A stretch of 63,549 nucleotides of DNA, filler included, from Babesia bigemina (GCF_000981445.1; 6 parts of 6 records of this genome joined end to end with filler, not necessarily neighbours in it); one strand, 5' to 3'; shown: positions 1-12,900, numbered from the whole stretch's first letter. The notes: a model not told the origin generated them from the sequence alone. Numbers and translations: made by a program.

Positions 1-1119
1 TTATATTATTCTAAACCTCATGAAATGCTGTGAAATGCTCGCACGTATTATCTCGACATTTGCGCCGAATGGTTTGACTTCAACTCATCCAACTGAAAGA
101 CACGTCACTCGCACCACGCATTCCATGTCATTATTCATTGGCGAATATCCAAAAAAGCGACTCTGTTAACATCAGCTGAGGTAAAGATGCTCGGGAATGC
201 AATTTTACAACGTGACACCTTATATAGCATAGATCAAAATCTTCGTTATATGGGACTTGTGTCGAGGGTGATAATGCAGCACAGATGTCATAGAATCCAA
301 TAACTTCCCCGCCTCTACGTATCCGGATTTTTACAAGTTGAACATGGCGTAAAATACTAGTTGGTGTATCTCTAATTCACACATTGTATTCTAACCATGA
401 TAATTCTGAGCGTCCCACTTTATAGCTTGAACAGTTGCGTCTCTCGCAATGCTAGCGCAATTTCTACACAGTTTTAATGCCATGCGTCTAACACGCCGAC
501 GCACTTAACACACCAGCACTGTTGAGATGTGCCCACTTTTTAAATGCACTTGTCAGTACACTCTCGTTACTGACAAATATACCGCCATAGATACGTTTGT
601 GATCATGCAAACTTGATAAAACTCTCTTGCGCAAACGTGGCTTCAACCATTATTGCTGCTGCTTCGCCATGCAACTCAATTAGAGATGTAATGACGGATT
701 GAATTATCGGAGATAGTAAAAGTTATGGCCACAGATACAACCCTAAATGGTGAATACTGATATTATTATAAAGTCGCGAAACAATGTTACATTGGCAGCC
801 AACTCGTGGTCATATGTGCAATAGTTTAAGGCATGTTGGTGAATAATGCTTATGTAAGCTACAGAGCGCGATTATTGCGTTATTTGTTGTCGATTTTCAT
901 GCAACCAAGCTCCTCTGTTCACCTGGTCTATAGTGATTACGACAGCAAAAAGCAGTTGGTGAACTAAAGTGAAGTAATTCTGATGGCAAATAAATAAAGG
1001 ATAATCTTGAGTCTCTATAAAACGAATAAATTGAGAAAAGGCGGCGGCATACAGTATTGAACAACAAATGAGCCGCAGTGTTATAATGAAGCTTGGTAAG
1101 TGCCTGTGAAAGTAAATCC

Positions 1120-1500
1120 CGTCAAGAACCCTTGTGTTGTTCCGTCTGGGAAGGCGACTGCACATTGCCCGACGCTACAACAACAAACACCGTTGATAAC
1201 ATCTTGTTCATATTTTACCATAATTGCAGTATTCTATGCGGTAGCTCCGTCGGTGGTACTGTCATGCAAATGGTACCTTGTACACCCCGCGCCCAGATTG
1301 CGATATTGCGCAACGGAAGCTATGATTTCGAATGATGTTTAAGGCATAATGTCACATTAACTATTGTGTAGGATGAATAACTCAGCTACATACTAAATGC
1401 AACAGTCTGTTGGAGCCACACTTAACCTTAGTGAAAGGCGCCAACAGGCTACGAGAAACATGACGGATGCAATACAAACCGTCGAAGTTAATAGTTCAAG
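1120..1500 (+). repeat. Diverged duplicated upstream segment (copy 1; copy 2 at ~6735-7125)
   Basis: Collinear matching blocks, e.g. CACATTGCCC, AACGGAAGCTA, ATAACTC...AATGCAACAGT, upstream of small-protein paralogs 1 and 3. Confidence 0.7.
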
Positions 1501-1857
1501 TAAGTACGTTGCTGCATACTTATATTGTTATAACTAACGTACCCCATTCGCCAAGCTTCATCACGTTCCTGGTAGATATTTCATGTCAGTGCAGGTCCGT
1601 CTGCAGCCAGTAAAGAAAATTTAATCTCTGGTATTCTGCTTGCGCTGGTAGCGTTCTGGTTCCAATTGAAAAAAGGTTGGGATGAAGTTTGGAAAGTTCT
1701 GTCACTGGAGCACTGCCCATTATGTGTTAAACCGCATTGCGGGAAGTATTGCGTCTATGTTATCAGTATTTGCCTCATACTCTTCATTGGCTTACTGTAT
1801 TACGTGCTATGTAATCCGTTGCGATTCTTCAAGGGCATTTTTTGTTGCTTCTTCTGA
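1460..1857 (+). CDS. Small Cys-rich membrane protein, paralog 1; predicted join(1460..1499,1595..1857), 100 aa, two hydrophobic segments
   Basis: ATG at 1460; GTAAGT donor at 1500; ACTAAC branch-like motif at ~1533; TGCAG acceptor ending 1594; phases match, giving MTDAIQTVEVNSSSPSAASKENLISGILLALVAFWFQLKKG...CPLC...CGKYCVYVISICLILFIGLLYYVLCNPLRFFKGIFCCFF. The C-terminal part aligns with the ORFs at 5117-5302 and 7224-7418. Confidence 0.65.
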
Positions 1858-2524
1858 TCCAAGCCTGTAATCGCATACCCCTATGAACTGCAAGAATCTC
1901 ACGTAGCCATTCTGTACCACGCTACATCCAGCCCCAAGTTGTTAGCGTTTCTACGAATGATAATCGTTCGTGTAACACATGAACGGTAGGAGTTTTTTTG
2001 AGACACTCCGAAATAGTGACGCCCATGGTTGCCATACAGTTCGTGTTTTACTTTAATGACAGACGCAGTGCGTTTCACGAATTGACAGGCCGTTTATGAT
2101 CTTGTACATACCTGTGATAGGTGTAAATGCTGCGGAAAGGCAGGTTCATCGCATTAATACAAACACATTGCCTTATAACCACCGATACGCCTAGATTAGG
2201 CAACGTACTTGCTGTGTAACTCGGGCATAATTGTATAGATGTCGTAATTCCTGGTGAGCATAGGTGAAAGATGTAATGGCCTCTTATGTTTCTTGGAAGT
2301 CGGCACAGTGGCGCTTGGACGGTTAGATCTGAAATATTTACGCAACAACGCTACAATCTTCCCTTTGCTAGGGTTCATTGATGGTTGTAATGCGTATGCG
2401 CGAGCGACAGGCAATATTGTTGTGATGTGTAGGGGCAGTCGAGTCGTTGAGTGTCTTCTCGATGTTTCGTTAAAGGAACCATTTTTGTAAGGGCATACGA
2501 TGGCATCATATAATCTAGAATAAG

Positions 2525-3158
2525 ATGTACTTTGTAGTCGAACAATGGAAGATTATAAATGTGAAGCCGTCGCAGTTGGGTCCAAGCTACCAGCAGAACA
2601 TCGAGGAGATGCTGCGGAATCAGGTCGAAGGCCACTGTAGTTCGAAATACGGTTATGTTGTCTGTGTCATCCGCATAATTAAGAACGAAATCGGCCGTGT
2701 CCAGGATGGCACAGGCATGATCGTGGTGAATGTGAAATACCAGGCCATCGTTTTTAAGCCCTTTAACGACGAGGTAGGTTGTTAAGTAGGTTTTATTAAC
2801 CAGTGTGTTTGTCGTGTAAATTACACATTCGCCGATGAGTGATGAGCTGTATGAGACAGAGCACTTCATTGTGTCACAGGTCCTAGACGCGATAGTGACG
2901 GACGTGAACAAGCTTGGCTTTTTTGCGCAAGCTGGGCCACTTAAGGCATTCGTATCGCGCACTGCCATTCAACCGAGCTTCGTATACGACAACGACGCGG
3001 CGAATCCGTGCTACTCTGACGGGACGATCAGCATAAAGCCGCAGACTGAAGTTCGTATGCGGATTCAGGGTATACGCTACGACAATTCTAACATGTTCGC
3101 AATCGCAACGGTGAACGCGGATTATTTGGGAGCGTTCGAAAATTACTCTAATGTGTGA
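2525..3158 (+). CDS. RPB7: DNA-directed RNA polymerase II subunit RPB7; join(2525..2773,2880..3158), 175 aa
   Basis: RPB7 motifs LGP...VEGHCSSKYGY...YQAIVFKPFNDE|VLDAIVTDVNKLGFFAQAGPLKAFVS; a 106-bp GT..AG intron (2774-2879) joins the two ORFs in frame. Confidence 0.95.
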
Positions 3159-3543
3159 TGGGCTTGTGGCCGTTTCTTCCCAACTTCAGTCACGGCGTGG
3201 AGGCATATTACTTTTGTCGCACGATATCGCAACGTAATTTAGCACGATGAATTTAGATGGTATTTTCGGCGTGCCGAGTCCTATAAGCGCTTCTATAAGG
3301 AATTGGCACGGTTATACTCACCGTTCTGGACGTGGTTCTCGGAGGCATACACATTTAGCTGCTCCGGTATGACACATTTCTGCACTGAATGTGGTGCATA
3401 TCGGTTATTTAGTGCGATATAACGAGGTAGACTTCCATCGTATGCTTCGGCGCTACACCTACCCTTTGAAGGTGTTTATAGACAGCGAGATTCCGTCATA
3501 CCTTTACGTAAATGTTTAATGCACGTTGCAGCGCAGCTATGTT

Positions 3544-4173
3544 ATGTTGTCTTGTGTCCTGAGATATCGTATGCTGCCCCGGATTCTTTTCCTGGTCTCC
3601 TTGCGGATCACTTCCACACTGAGGTATTCTCGGCTAATAGAGCGTTGGACAGGTTCTCACCTCACTCCACAGCGACCAGAGAGCGGCAATAAAATGATTG
3701 GTAGAACGCTTCCAAGTGACGTATTAGATTCGAGGCTGCTAACGGATGATGGAGGTGAGACTACGCTTCGCTCGATTCTATCAGACTTGCCCAGCGATCG
3801 CAAAGGCTTGGTTATGTTTTTATTCCCTAGCATAGACACACCGTTTTGCACCGCACAGGCATGTGCCTTCAGCTCGTCTACCGAATTATTCCAGTCCCTT
3901 GGGTACCAAGTCTACGGATTGACGCGAGTGTCAGGACGCTCGACTGCGGATTGGATAAAAAGACATGAACTAAACTTCGCCATCCTTATGGATCCGGATT
4001 GGACCGTCATTAAATACTTCAGGTGTACTTGGATGTATTTCTTGATTAATAGGTCACATGCGATCATTAGGCGTGATGGCAAGGTTTTGGCGTTGGAACG
4101 AGGTGTCCCCGCTCATCAGTCCGCGTCAAGAGTGCTTGAAATAATCAAGGCGTTACCATCAACTGATAGATGA
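3544..4173 (+). CDS. Peroxiredoxin, BCP/PrxQ type (AhpC/TSA family), with possible N-terminal targeting extension
   Basis: Active-site motif FPSIDTPFCTAQAC (PxxxTPxCxxxxC), VYGL, LNFAILMDPD, and conserved Arg in NRSHAII..DGKV. Start uncertain (ATG at 3544, 3571 or 3693). Confidence 0.85.
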   Translation: MLSCVLRYRMLPRILFLVSLRITSTLRYSRLIERWTGSHLTPQRPESGNKMIGRTLPSDVLDSRLLTDDGGETTLRSILSDLPSDRKGLVMFLFPSIDTPFCTAQACAFSSSTELFQSLGYQVYGLTRVSGRSTADWIKRHELNFAILMDPDWTVIKYFRCTWMYFLINRSHAIIRRDGKVLALERGVPAHQSASRVLEIIKALPSTDR

Positions 4174-5116
4174 AGGTGTTTATTTGTGCCAATAGATAAG
4201 TGCACTATGGATATGCTGATGCTCACTTGCCAGCATCTGTATGTGCAATGCTCCACTAAATTGCGAACGCTGGTGACGGAAAGCAGATTCCATAATCACG
4301 AGGGGAAAGCAGCATCGCTACACCCAATAATATCCGAAACAGTGATAACGTCAGATGCAGTTATGGGTAACTGTGAGCGACTATAGCATACGTGACGCAG
4401 ATCTGCCATCTTGAGGCGCGGCAAACGACACAGCCCCTTCACCGTGTCCTCTGGGGTAGTTGTGATCATGGACACCTGAGTCATCAGGGTCTTCGCAAGA
4501 AGGCTGTGGATCGGACGAAATTGCAGAATGGTACGACTACCACAATCAGCTGTATCGATATTTGAATGCCAGTAATGCAAGCCCCAAACAATGAGACAAC
4601 AGATTGTCGTACCACCCGGCTCAAAGTGATGCGAATGGCTCATTGAGACGAATGTTTCGCATCATTTAATGAGGCAGTTAGGAACTCTTGGCGAATTGGT
4701 AGGCGGCGGGTAAGTCCTACAATGCGAAGCCCAGATGGCAACGGTTTCTAAACTGCTTCCGTAGGCTCAACTGCATTCCACCGAAATGCAGCAGTTAATG
4801 AGAACTGCGACATCACATAATAATTACTAAATCTTTGTTATTGCATTATGAACAGCGGCAATCATCCGATCAATCGTGGAAACAGAACAGCAATGCTGCA
4901 TGCATAGGCGAAAACATGTCAAGCAGCGGTTATGTGCGTCGGCGCCACATAAAGATCGCCGCAACTTTTTTATAGAAACTGCAGAAGAAAATATGCGATA
5001 AACAAAGAAGAATCATTTATATATGGCCATGACATGAAGCGGTTTCAAAGCTGTGTTGGGCAAGTGAGATTTAGATAATATTAAGGTTTGTAGGACTATG
5101 AGGTGGTAGACAACGT

Positions 5117-5302
5117 TTAGAAGATGAAGCAGAGCACCTTCTTGATACAGCACAACGGACCCCGTAAAAATTTATATAATACGATGAGAAGTATTATCAA
5201 TACGCCACCTATTATATACCAGCAACCATTTTTGCACTTTCCGCTGCCATTAGTACATAATGGGCACCATTGCGGTAGCATAAAGTCCAAGGAACTGCCC
5301 AT
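5117..5302 (-). CDS. Small Cys-rich single-TM protein, paralog 2 (61 aa)
   Basis: MGSS...WCPLC...CKNGCWYIIGGVLIILLIVLYKFLRGPLCCIKKVLCFIF; the last 17 aa are identical to the ORF at 7224-7418, with several synonymous nucleotide differences. Confidence 0.75.
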   Translation of the reverse strand: MGSSLDFMLPQWCPLCTNGSGKCKNGCWYIIGGVLIILLIVLYKFLRGPLCCIKKVLCFIF

Positions 5303-6734
5303 TTCAATTACAACTGCGCAGATGTGAACAACGTATCCGAAGCAGAAGATAATGGCTACCTGTTGTCCAATCTACGTTACCAAGCCACTAACGCAAGTCA
5401 TTGTTCAGCAATGTTTTAGCCACATGGAACTTAACATTTTTAAAATTGGGCACAGAAACCCTATTTAGTTACATACAAGAGCCGTACCTTTTGACTTGAT
5501 AATACGCGGTTGCAGATCTCAACTGACACACCATTACATGCATTGATGAGACGTGTTACCTACATATTGACGATTTAATCACGCTCAATGATGCCTCATC
5601 CGAAAAACAAAGTCGTCACATACATTTAAGATGGCGTCACTGCGCTAATGCCTCTGCTGTAGCACTATCACGTTAGTATGTAGACTCTTGTGGCAACGTG
5701 CCCAATTTTACCAAAAGCTAACTTCATGAAACGACATAATGTCATGTCAATATATGTCAGCAACATAAACGCAATTAGCCTTTTCTATGAAATCGTTTTT
5801 GCATAATTCCAAACATAGTATGAGATGGTGCGACGGGTTAGTAGTTCTTAGTTCGATATTTGCAATGCATGTTGCGACTATAGATTTGCCGCACAACGTA
5901 CACGGCTTACACAGATCTAAGTTTCTATTAATTGCTTCTCCATCTGTTCAATTCCGTGATACACGGGGGAATAACAACAGGACCTTGCCTGACATACACA
6001 GAGTAAGTATGACTTAAAATACTAGTTGATATGCAGTTTTACTCACAAATGGTGCCTTAATGATTGATGTGGTTAATATATAATTAGATAGCGCGATAAT
6101 TCGCAATTTATTCAATTTGAGGGTTCTTGTCACGCCACATCATAAAATATTTTCTGTCACATTGGCAGGGCAGCGCTAGCAATATTCGAGTCTATCTCAT
6201 TAAATTATCAACGTTAGCAAACATGATGCTGACCCGACATTCATCAGACGCTAATGATGTTGTCTAGTGACCTCAAGAGTTACATTTAACACGGGTGTGA
6301 CGAAATCAAAACAGGTAAGTGATGAGCATTTGAGAGGTGTATTGTCTGGACTGATATGCAACTTTGAACACGGAAATGACAAATCGTCATACAATATTGT
6401 AACCACACGGTGAAGGATTCAAGGGCATCTCTGGAATATCGATGCAGGTAATTGCTCACGTTTTTTTAAATAAGTATTCAACCACGTTCGCAACGCAACC
6501 AATGTTCTCACTTCAGCACATTCTACGACCCCCGAGGTCTATTGCTAACACGCACCGTGCTGGTTGCAACAGACAACGTGATGGAAATGGCAGCAGACAA
6601 TCGAGAGCACATATGGAATGTGCAATATTAAGCCCCTGGACAACGCAAAATTAGAACAAAATGGTAACACGGATTATTCAACGAGCAACGTTAATGTGGA
6701 ACGAAGATTCGCAACCTATGTCAGAGCTCAGCGA

Positions 6735-7125
6735 CTGCAGGAGCTCTTGTATTGTTATGGCCGAGAAAGCAATCACACATTGCCCAACGCAACAAAACAA
6801 AAAATGCTCTATTGATTCCGAATCGTTTACTGTTTTAATGGAAGACATCGATAACGTAATTCCGTCGTTATACAAGTCATGCAGGGGGACCTACTGCACC
6901 TCGCGTCTAGATTAGGACGTGGCGTAACGGAAGCTACGATTCAGTATGCTCCTGATAGTACCACGTGGTATACAGGATGGTGTGGAGCAAATAACTCCGT
7001 TAGACATTGAATGCAACAGTGTCCGGTGAGCCCATGCTTACCCACCGTGTGATGCGTCAACACTCGCTTTCGGAAACCAATGTATATTCTGCACGAAACC
7101 ACAAAGCTATCGCTTAAGAATATAC
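6735..7125 (+). repeat. Diverged duplicated upstream segment (copy 2; copy 1 at ~1120-1500)
   Basis: Collinear similarity to 1120-1500 read by eye. Confidence 0.7.
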
Positions 7126-7223
7126 ATTACTCCACATATAACTCGTGGCAACTAGGGTAGCAAATCCGCCAACTGCTTCCACATTCCAAGTACGTCGTTC
7201 ATCGTTGCGCAGGTTTTGTTATA

Positions 7224-7418
7224 ATGGGTAATGTTCTGAAGCCTATTTTACCGAAAAATTGTTTGTGTAATAAGGTTACAGGTGGTTCCGATGATCACTG
7301 CAAAAGTGGTTGCCTATATATAATCGGTGCAGCTTTCATAATACTTCTCATCATCGTGTATAGATTTCTACGGGGTCCTTTATGCTGTATCAAGAAGGTG
7401 CTCTGTTTTATATTCTAA
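7224..7418 (+). CDS. Small Cys-rich single-TM protein, paralog 3 (64 aa)
   Basis: MGNV...CLC...CKSGCLYIIGAAFIILLIIVYRFLRGPLCCIKKVLCFIF; paralog of 5117-5302. Confidence 0.75.
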   Translation: MGNVLKPILPKNCLCNKVTGGSDDHCKSGCLYIIGAAFIILLIIVYRFLRGPLCCIKKVLCFIF

Positions 7419-7863
7419 TGTAAGCGTAACATCGGATACTCCTAACAGCTCGATTGACATAGTCAATCGCAGCCCTCAAACATAGCCTCCTTTAGCCACG
7501 CCACATACCATGGTTTTGTAGTTGCGTCACACGTTCGCCCTGCTGTTCATGGTTTGTGAGGAATAACTTCTTCCGGACGTTTAATATAGCTGCCTTAACG
7601 TATCCTTCAAGCTGACGACAGTGATGTCTGGTGGCTGGGTTCTTATCATGCCTCGTCTGCGCCCTGTCGGCCATGACGTACGATTCCTTGCACTCGAGTT
7701 CGCCAGATGAAATTCGGTCTGATTGCGGTCGTTTTCCACGTATTCACGTGTGGTACCGGTTGCCACGTCGTAGCCTTTTGGTGGCACAATCGCATGCATT
7801 AATTGACCAAAATTAAAGCTGTTTATGTTACAGGGGGGTTCACGGCGTGCCAGATCCTCATAC

Positions 7864-7952
7864 CTAGTATATGGTAGTCTGACGCATTATGCCTATGAAA
7901 TCATCTTTTGAGATGGCGCCGTCCCTGTCGTTGTCGAACTCGTCGATCATGG
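7864..7952 (-). CDS. 3' end of a centrin (centrin-3-like EF-hand protein) gene, truncated by the assembly gap
   Basis: Reverse strand translates MIDEFDNDRDGAISKDDFIGIMRQTTIY*: an EF-hand loop (DNDRDGAISKDD) and a typical centrin C-terminus. Too short for the ORF track. Confidence 0.8.
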
Positions 7953-8052
7953 NNNNNNNNNNNNNNNNNNNNNNNNNNNNNNNNNNNNNNNNNNNNTTAA
8001 TTAATTAANNNNNNNNNNNNNNNNNNNNNNNNNNNNNNNNNNNNNNNNNNNN
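7953..8052. other. Scaffold gap with artificial linker
   Basis: N44-TTAATTAATTAA-N44 (stops in all six frames). Confidence 0.97.
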
Positions 8053-9140
8053 GCGATGTAGAGTGGGTTAGGGAGTGATGTAGAGTGGGTAAAGGGGCGA
8101 TGTAGAGTGGATTAGGGAGCGATGTAGAGTGGGTTAGGGAGCGATGTAGGGTGGGTTAGGGGCGATGTAGAGTGGGTTAAGGGGCGATGTAGAGTGGGTT
8201 AGGGAGCGATGTAGAGTGGGTTAGGGAGCGATGTGGAGTGGGTTAAGGGGCGATGTGGAGTGGGTTAGGGAGCGATGTAGAGTGGGTAAAGGGGCGATGT
8301 GGAGTGGATAAAAAAGCGATGTAGAGTGGGTTAAGAAACGATGTAGAGTGGGTTAAGGGGCGATGTAAGGTGGATAAAGGGGCGATGTAGAGTGGGTTAA
8401 GGGGCGATGTAGAGTGGGTTAAGGGGCGATGTAGAGTGGGTTAGGGAGCGATGTAGAGTGGGTTAGGGAGCGATGTAGAGTGGAAAAAGGGGCGATGTAG
8501 GGTGGGTTAGGGAGCGATGTAGGGTGGATAAAGGGCGATGTAGAGTGGATTAGGGAGCGATGTAGAGTGGATAAAGGGGCGATGTAGAGTGGGTAAAGGG
8601 GCGATGTGGAGTGGGTTAGGGGCGATGTGGAGTGGATAAAGGGGCGATGTAGAGTGGGTAAAGGAGCGACGTAGAGTGGATAAAGGGGCGATGTGGAGTG
8701 GATAAGGAGCGAGGTAGAGTGGGTTAGGGAGCGATGTAAGGTGGGTTAAGGAGCGATGTAGAGTGGATAAAGGAGCGATGTAGAGTGGGTTAAGGGGCGA
8801 TGTAGAGTGGATAAAGGGGCGATGAAGAGTGGGTTAGGGAGCGATGTAGAGTGGGTTAGGGAGCGATGTAGAGTGGATAAAAAAGCGATGTAGAGTGGAT
8901 TAAGGGGCGATGCAGGGTGGATAAAGGGGCGATGTAGAGTGGGTTAAGGAGCGATGTGGAGTGGGTTAGGGAGCGATGTAGCGTGGATAAAGGGGCGATG
9001 CAGAGTGAATTAAGGGGCGATGTAGGGTGGATAAGGGGCGATGTAAGGTGGATAAAGGGGCGATGTAGAGTGGGTAAAGGAGCGATGTAGAGTGGGTTAA
9101 GGGGCGATGTAGAGTGGGTTAAGGGGCGATGTAGAGTGGA
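8053..9140 (+). repeat. 22-bp satellite, G-rich on + strand (consensus GGG(A/G)GCGATGTAGAGTGG(GTTA/ATAA)), ~49 units
   Basis: Tandem units with 22-bp period; many contain GGGTTAGGG. Confidence 0.95.
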
Positions 9141-9159
9141 TAATAATCACCACTTGTGA

Positions 9160-9670
9160 CCAGTCATCGCTGCCGTAACCATGTCATTGCTGCCGTCACC
9201 ATGTCACCGCTGCCGTGACCATGTCATCGCTGCCGTGACCATGTCATCGCTGCCGTGACCATGTCATCGCTGCCGTGACCATGTCATCGCTGCCGTGACC
9301 ATGTCATCGCTGCCGTTACCATGTCATCGTTGCCGTAACCATGTCATCGCTGCCGTGACCATGTCATCGCTGCCGTAACCATGTCATCGCTGCAGTGACC
9401 ATGTCCTCGCTGCAGTGACCATGTCCTCGCTGCCGTGACCATAACAATGTCATCGCTGCCGTGACCATGTCATCGCTGCCGTGTCCATCTCATCGTTGCC
9501 GTAACCATGACATCGCTGCCGTGACCATGTCATCGCTGCCGTGACCATGTCATCGCTGCCGTGACCATGCCATCGCTGCCGTGACCATGTCATCGCTGCC
9601 GTGACCATGTCATCGCTGCCGTGACCATGCCATCGCTGCTGTAACCTTGTCATCGCTGCCGTGGCCATCA
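9160..9670 (+). repeat. 21-bp tandem repeat (GTCATCGCTGCCGTGACCAT-type)
   Basis: About 24 tandem units. Confidence 0.95.
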
Positions 9671-9671
9671 A

Positions 9672-9841
9672 CTTGGTCAGCTTTTTGGTCACCACTTTGG
9701 TCAGCACCTTGGTCATGGCATTGGTCACCACATTGGTCATGGCATTGGTCAGCACATTGGTCAGCACTTTGGTCGTGGCATTGGTCAGCTTTTTGGTCAC
9801 CACGTTGGTCAGCACTTTGGTCAGCACGTTGGTCAGCACAT
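9672..9841 (+). repeat. 12-bp tandem repeat (TTGGTCAGCACA-type)
   Basis: About 14 tandem units immediately downstream of the ves A 3' flank. Confidence 0.9.
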
Positions 9842-9964
9842 TAGTTAACTACTAGAAAATCACATACAGCGATTAATGAGTGATTCAACAGATTAAAGCA
9901 CAATTCATAAGTTAGGTGAGTAGGTGATGCTAGGTGAGTGTAGACAGTAAACACGTGAGTACGA

Positions 9965-12900
9965 TTATGGTTGCAGGTAAAACACCCTGTTAAGCTTGCT
10001 AACACGTGCAGCGGCGAGTAGTGATTGAGCTGCTATACGATGACTCGAGGGACTATGTAGATGCGATTTGATGTGGAGGAGGTCGAGGCGGATGACCATG
10101 ATGTGGAGGAGGTAGAGGAGAGAGAGGAGCCAGAGGGCGACGTTGAGCCAGATGAAGGGGGCGCGGATGCAATACAAAAAGTTGTCGCACTCGTTGAAAA
10201 GTTCTGTGAAGTATGTTGAACTTACAACGTTGAGTAACTGTTTGTAGAAATTGTGGCAATATCGTTTGCTGTCTTTAGCTGATAGCTTTTCGGGATTGCC
10301 GAACATGAATCCGAAGCTGTATAAAGTGCTGCCTACGCCACGGCATTCGATGAGGCTTTTGCACTGACAACTGTGATCCGGACCGTGTTTACCCTTACCA
10401 CAAGTCTTACTGTTAGCGCATCTACGACATCCCCAATCTTGGCATGATATGTTCTCGAATGCAACCAGCAAATTTTTTAGGTATACTTGTAATTTCCACG
10501 GCAAATACAATGCCCAAGATAGATATACGTTAGCATGTCTGGCGGCGAGGTAGTAATATAAATCGTGGCATAGGGTGGATAGATAAGGAGCACAATGAAT
10601 ATTATCGCTACTTGCATACATACACGATTCTTTTTTAGACAGACTCAATAAGTCGGCCTTCGTCCATATTGGATGAATCGCCCGGGTATGGGTGCTTTCA
10701 CGGCTGCCATACGCGTTACTTAACGCTGTGGTATAGCTGCTGGGTTCCGTACACAAGCCAATGGATGTAGTGATTATTTCATTCTCAATAGCATCTTGTA
10801 AGGCGTTTCTAACACCAGTTCTACGAGATTTGTGCCATTCGTTCACTAGTGACAAAGCGAAACCAAAGTGCTCTGGTAGGCTGGATGGCGGTTTCGGCGC
10901 AAGACAGAATACTGTCGATAGGTTGTCGATAGTGAGGAATTTATTGATCATGCGACATATATCCTTACCACGGCGTGTGTTACATGAAAATGCCTTGAAG
11001 CCAAGGGGGGTTAAACAAGGCATCCCAGGCGTGCTTTTTGGGCATGTTTTACATACTGATTTACATCCTAATGACTCTAGTTCATGTGGCAAATGACCAG
11101 GCAAGCAGTCATTTAGGTAGCTCATTAGGGGGGAAGTTGGTTGGCAATTTGGTTCGCACTTTGCTTGACCATTTGGTTGGAACGTTGCTTTACTGCTTGA
11201 GTGTTCGTTACAGGGCCACTTGGATGTTCGTACGTCCTTGCCGTACTTGCAGTCGTACCAACCGTGATGCTCAGCTTTTAGCTTGCATTGATACCTCAAG
11301 AATTGTAAAGTGGGCAATACTCTACGTAGAATATCAAGTACGGTATGCAAGCAATCATCACCTGTAGACGGGTAGGAGAATCTGAGGAAATTGTTGGCAA
11401 GGTCACAGCCATATGTGGTATACTTGTCGCCGAAGCCGACAATGGTGGTCAGCAGGTCATGTGAATACTCACATACCTGCATAACAATGTCGAACAAATT
11501 CTTCGCTGTTATTGGTGAAGTTGTCTCTAGTTGTAAGTCTTCGGGATTTATCTCGGAGTAATCCTTCTCCTTTTTGTTGCTTGGCTTTATGCAATACGTT
11601 TTGATGGCATCTTCAAGCTTGTCATAGATACGATTATGCGGGAGCCCAGTCAGCCACACCAGCATTTCGTAGACATTACACGGCGTTCTTGGTTTGTCAA
11701 TGAGAGTGAAATGGCATATCTCGATATATCTCGTAAGATATGCAGACAGATCGAATAACACGCACTTTTCTTCGACGACCTGGATTACCATATCATCGGA
11801 ATCGTCGTTCATTAACTGGGATGCTTTACGTGACTCATCACTAATATAAAGCAATTTATGTTCACCGCCGGTCAGATGACCCAGAATACGCTCACCGTCA
11901 CACTCTTCTCTATGATTCAGTTCACCATGTTCCGCATCAACGGGAAGAACAACGTCGTAACCATTGTCGACGAAGAATAACTTACGTAAACTATGATGAG
12001 AGCCCTTTGATTTATACATTTTGCAGGCCTTTTTCGCACCATTTTCGTTTTCAAGTTGCTCCTTAAGATCATTTAATGAAACAGATACCATTGGAATTAT
12101 GCTCAGACATACCTTTGCACAGTACCTGCCTTCGTCAGTTACATCATATGTGTTGTACACATTATTGTACTCAACGACAGTTTTGAAGTTTCGTATTAAT
12201 TCGCATTTCTGACCGTCATACGCGGAGATGTACACCTTCTCCAGCTCACTGACAAAACGGTTAACCCCTGATGTTAGTCCATCAATCACCGGACTGTTCG
12301 GCATAGCGAAGCCTTTCGGGACGAGGACGCCAACGGCATCGGAAAGATTGTCTAGCAAATTATGAACTTTATGGTCGTACCTGTGCTTCTTGTGGAGGTC
12401 ATCCAGCAAGCTGTTAAAAGCGTCATGAATTTTGGTGATGGCTTGGGAATAATGTTGCAAGTCTGTGCCCCGAGGGTTTTTCTTAGCGTTATTCTCGCTA
12501 TGAACTCTTTGTGCTTCTTTAGTAAGGTACATAAAGAGTGGTTCAGCAAACTCTTTGAATTTTTTAGACAAGTTTTCGAATGCTTGTTTCTTCTGTTCAG
12601 GAGTCTCAGCTGACTGCGGTGGCGAAGGTAAAACATCCTTAAGCAAATTCATATTAGCCTTTCCATTCACGTTTTTATCCGTACTACCATCCTCCAACGT
12701 CTTCATCAACCCCTTGAACCCGATCCGCAGATCCCTCTCAATCTCCGCCGGCAACGGCGCCAACTCCTGGCTGACCTTGTCCGCGAACGCGGTGAGGAGC
12801 TGCTTGACGGAGGTGACGTAGTTGCGGCGGGCGGCGGTGGTGAGGAGATCTTTAGCGATGTTGACTTGGGAGTAGACATAATCTATGAGGTTTCGTATGG

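Noticed and set aside
1..1450. Possible genes or RNA genes at the left end (ORFs 872-1342)
   Set aside because: No recognisable protein, tRNA or rRNA features; part of it is duplicated upstream DNA whose frames are not conserved in the second copy.
2375..2968. 197-aa minus-strand ORF
   Set aside because: Antisense shadow of RPB7.
4186..4643. ORFs 4186-4386 and 4296-4643
   Set aside because: Non-ATG starts and no recognisable motifs.
7997..8008. TTAATTAATTAA palindrome as a biological site
   Set aside because: Centred in identical 100-bp N blocks five times; an assembly linker.
8053..9841. CRISPR-like array
   Set aside because: Contiguous tandem units with no unique spacers, no cas genes, and a eukaryotic context.
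9450..9855. ORFs such as MLTNVLTKV..., and similar ones at 16711, 29629-29893, 39625-39861, 40037, 46663-47121, 54512-55654, 56295, 60706-61255, 63281
   Set aside because: Translations of tandem repeats, open on several frames and strands; no independent coding evidence.
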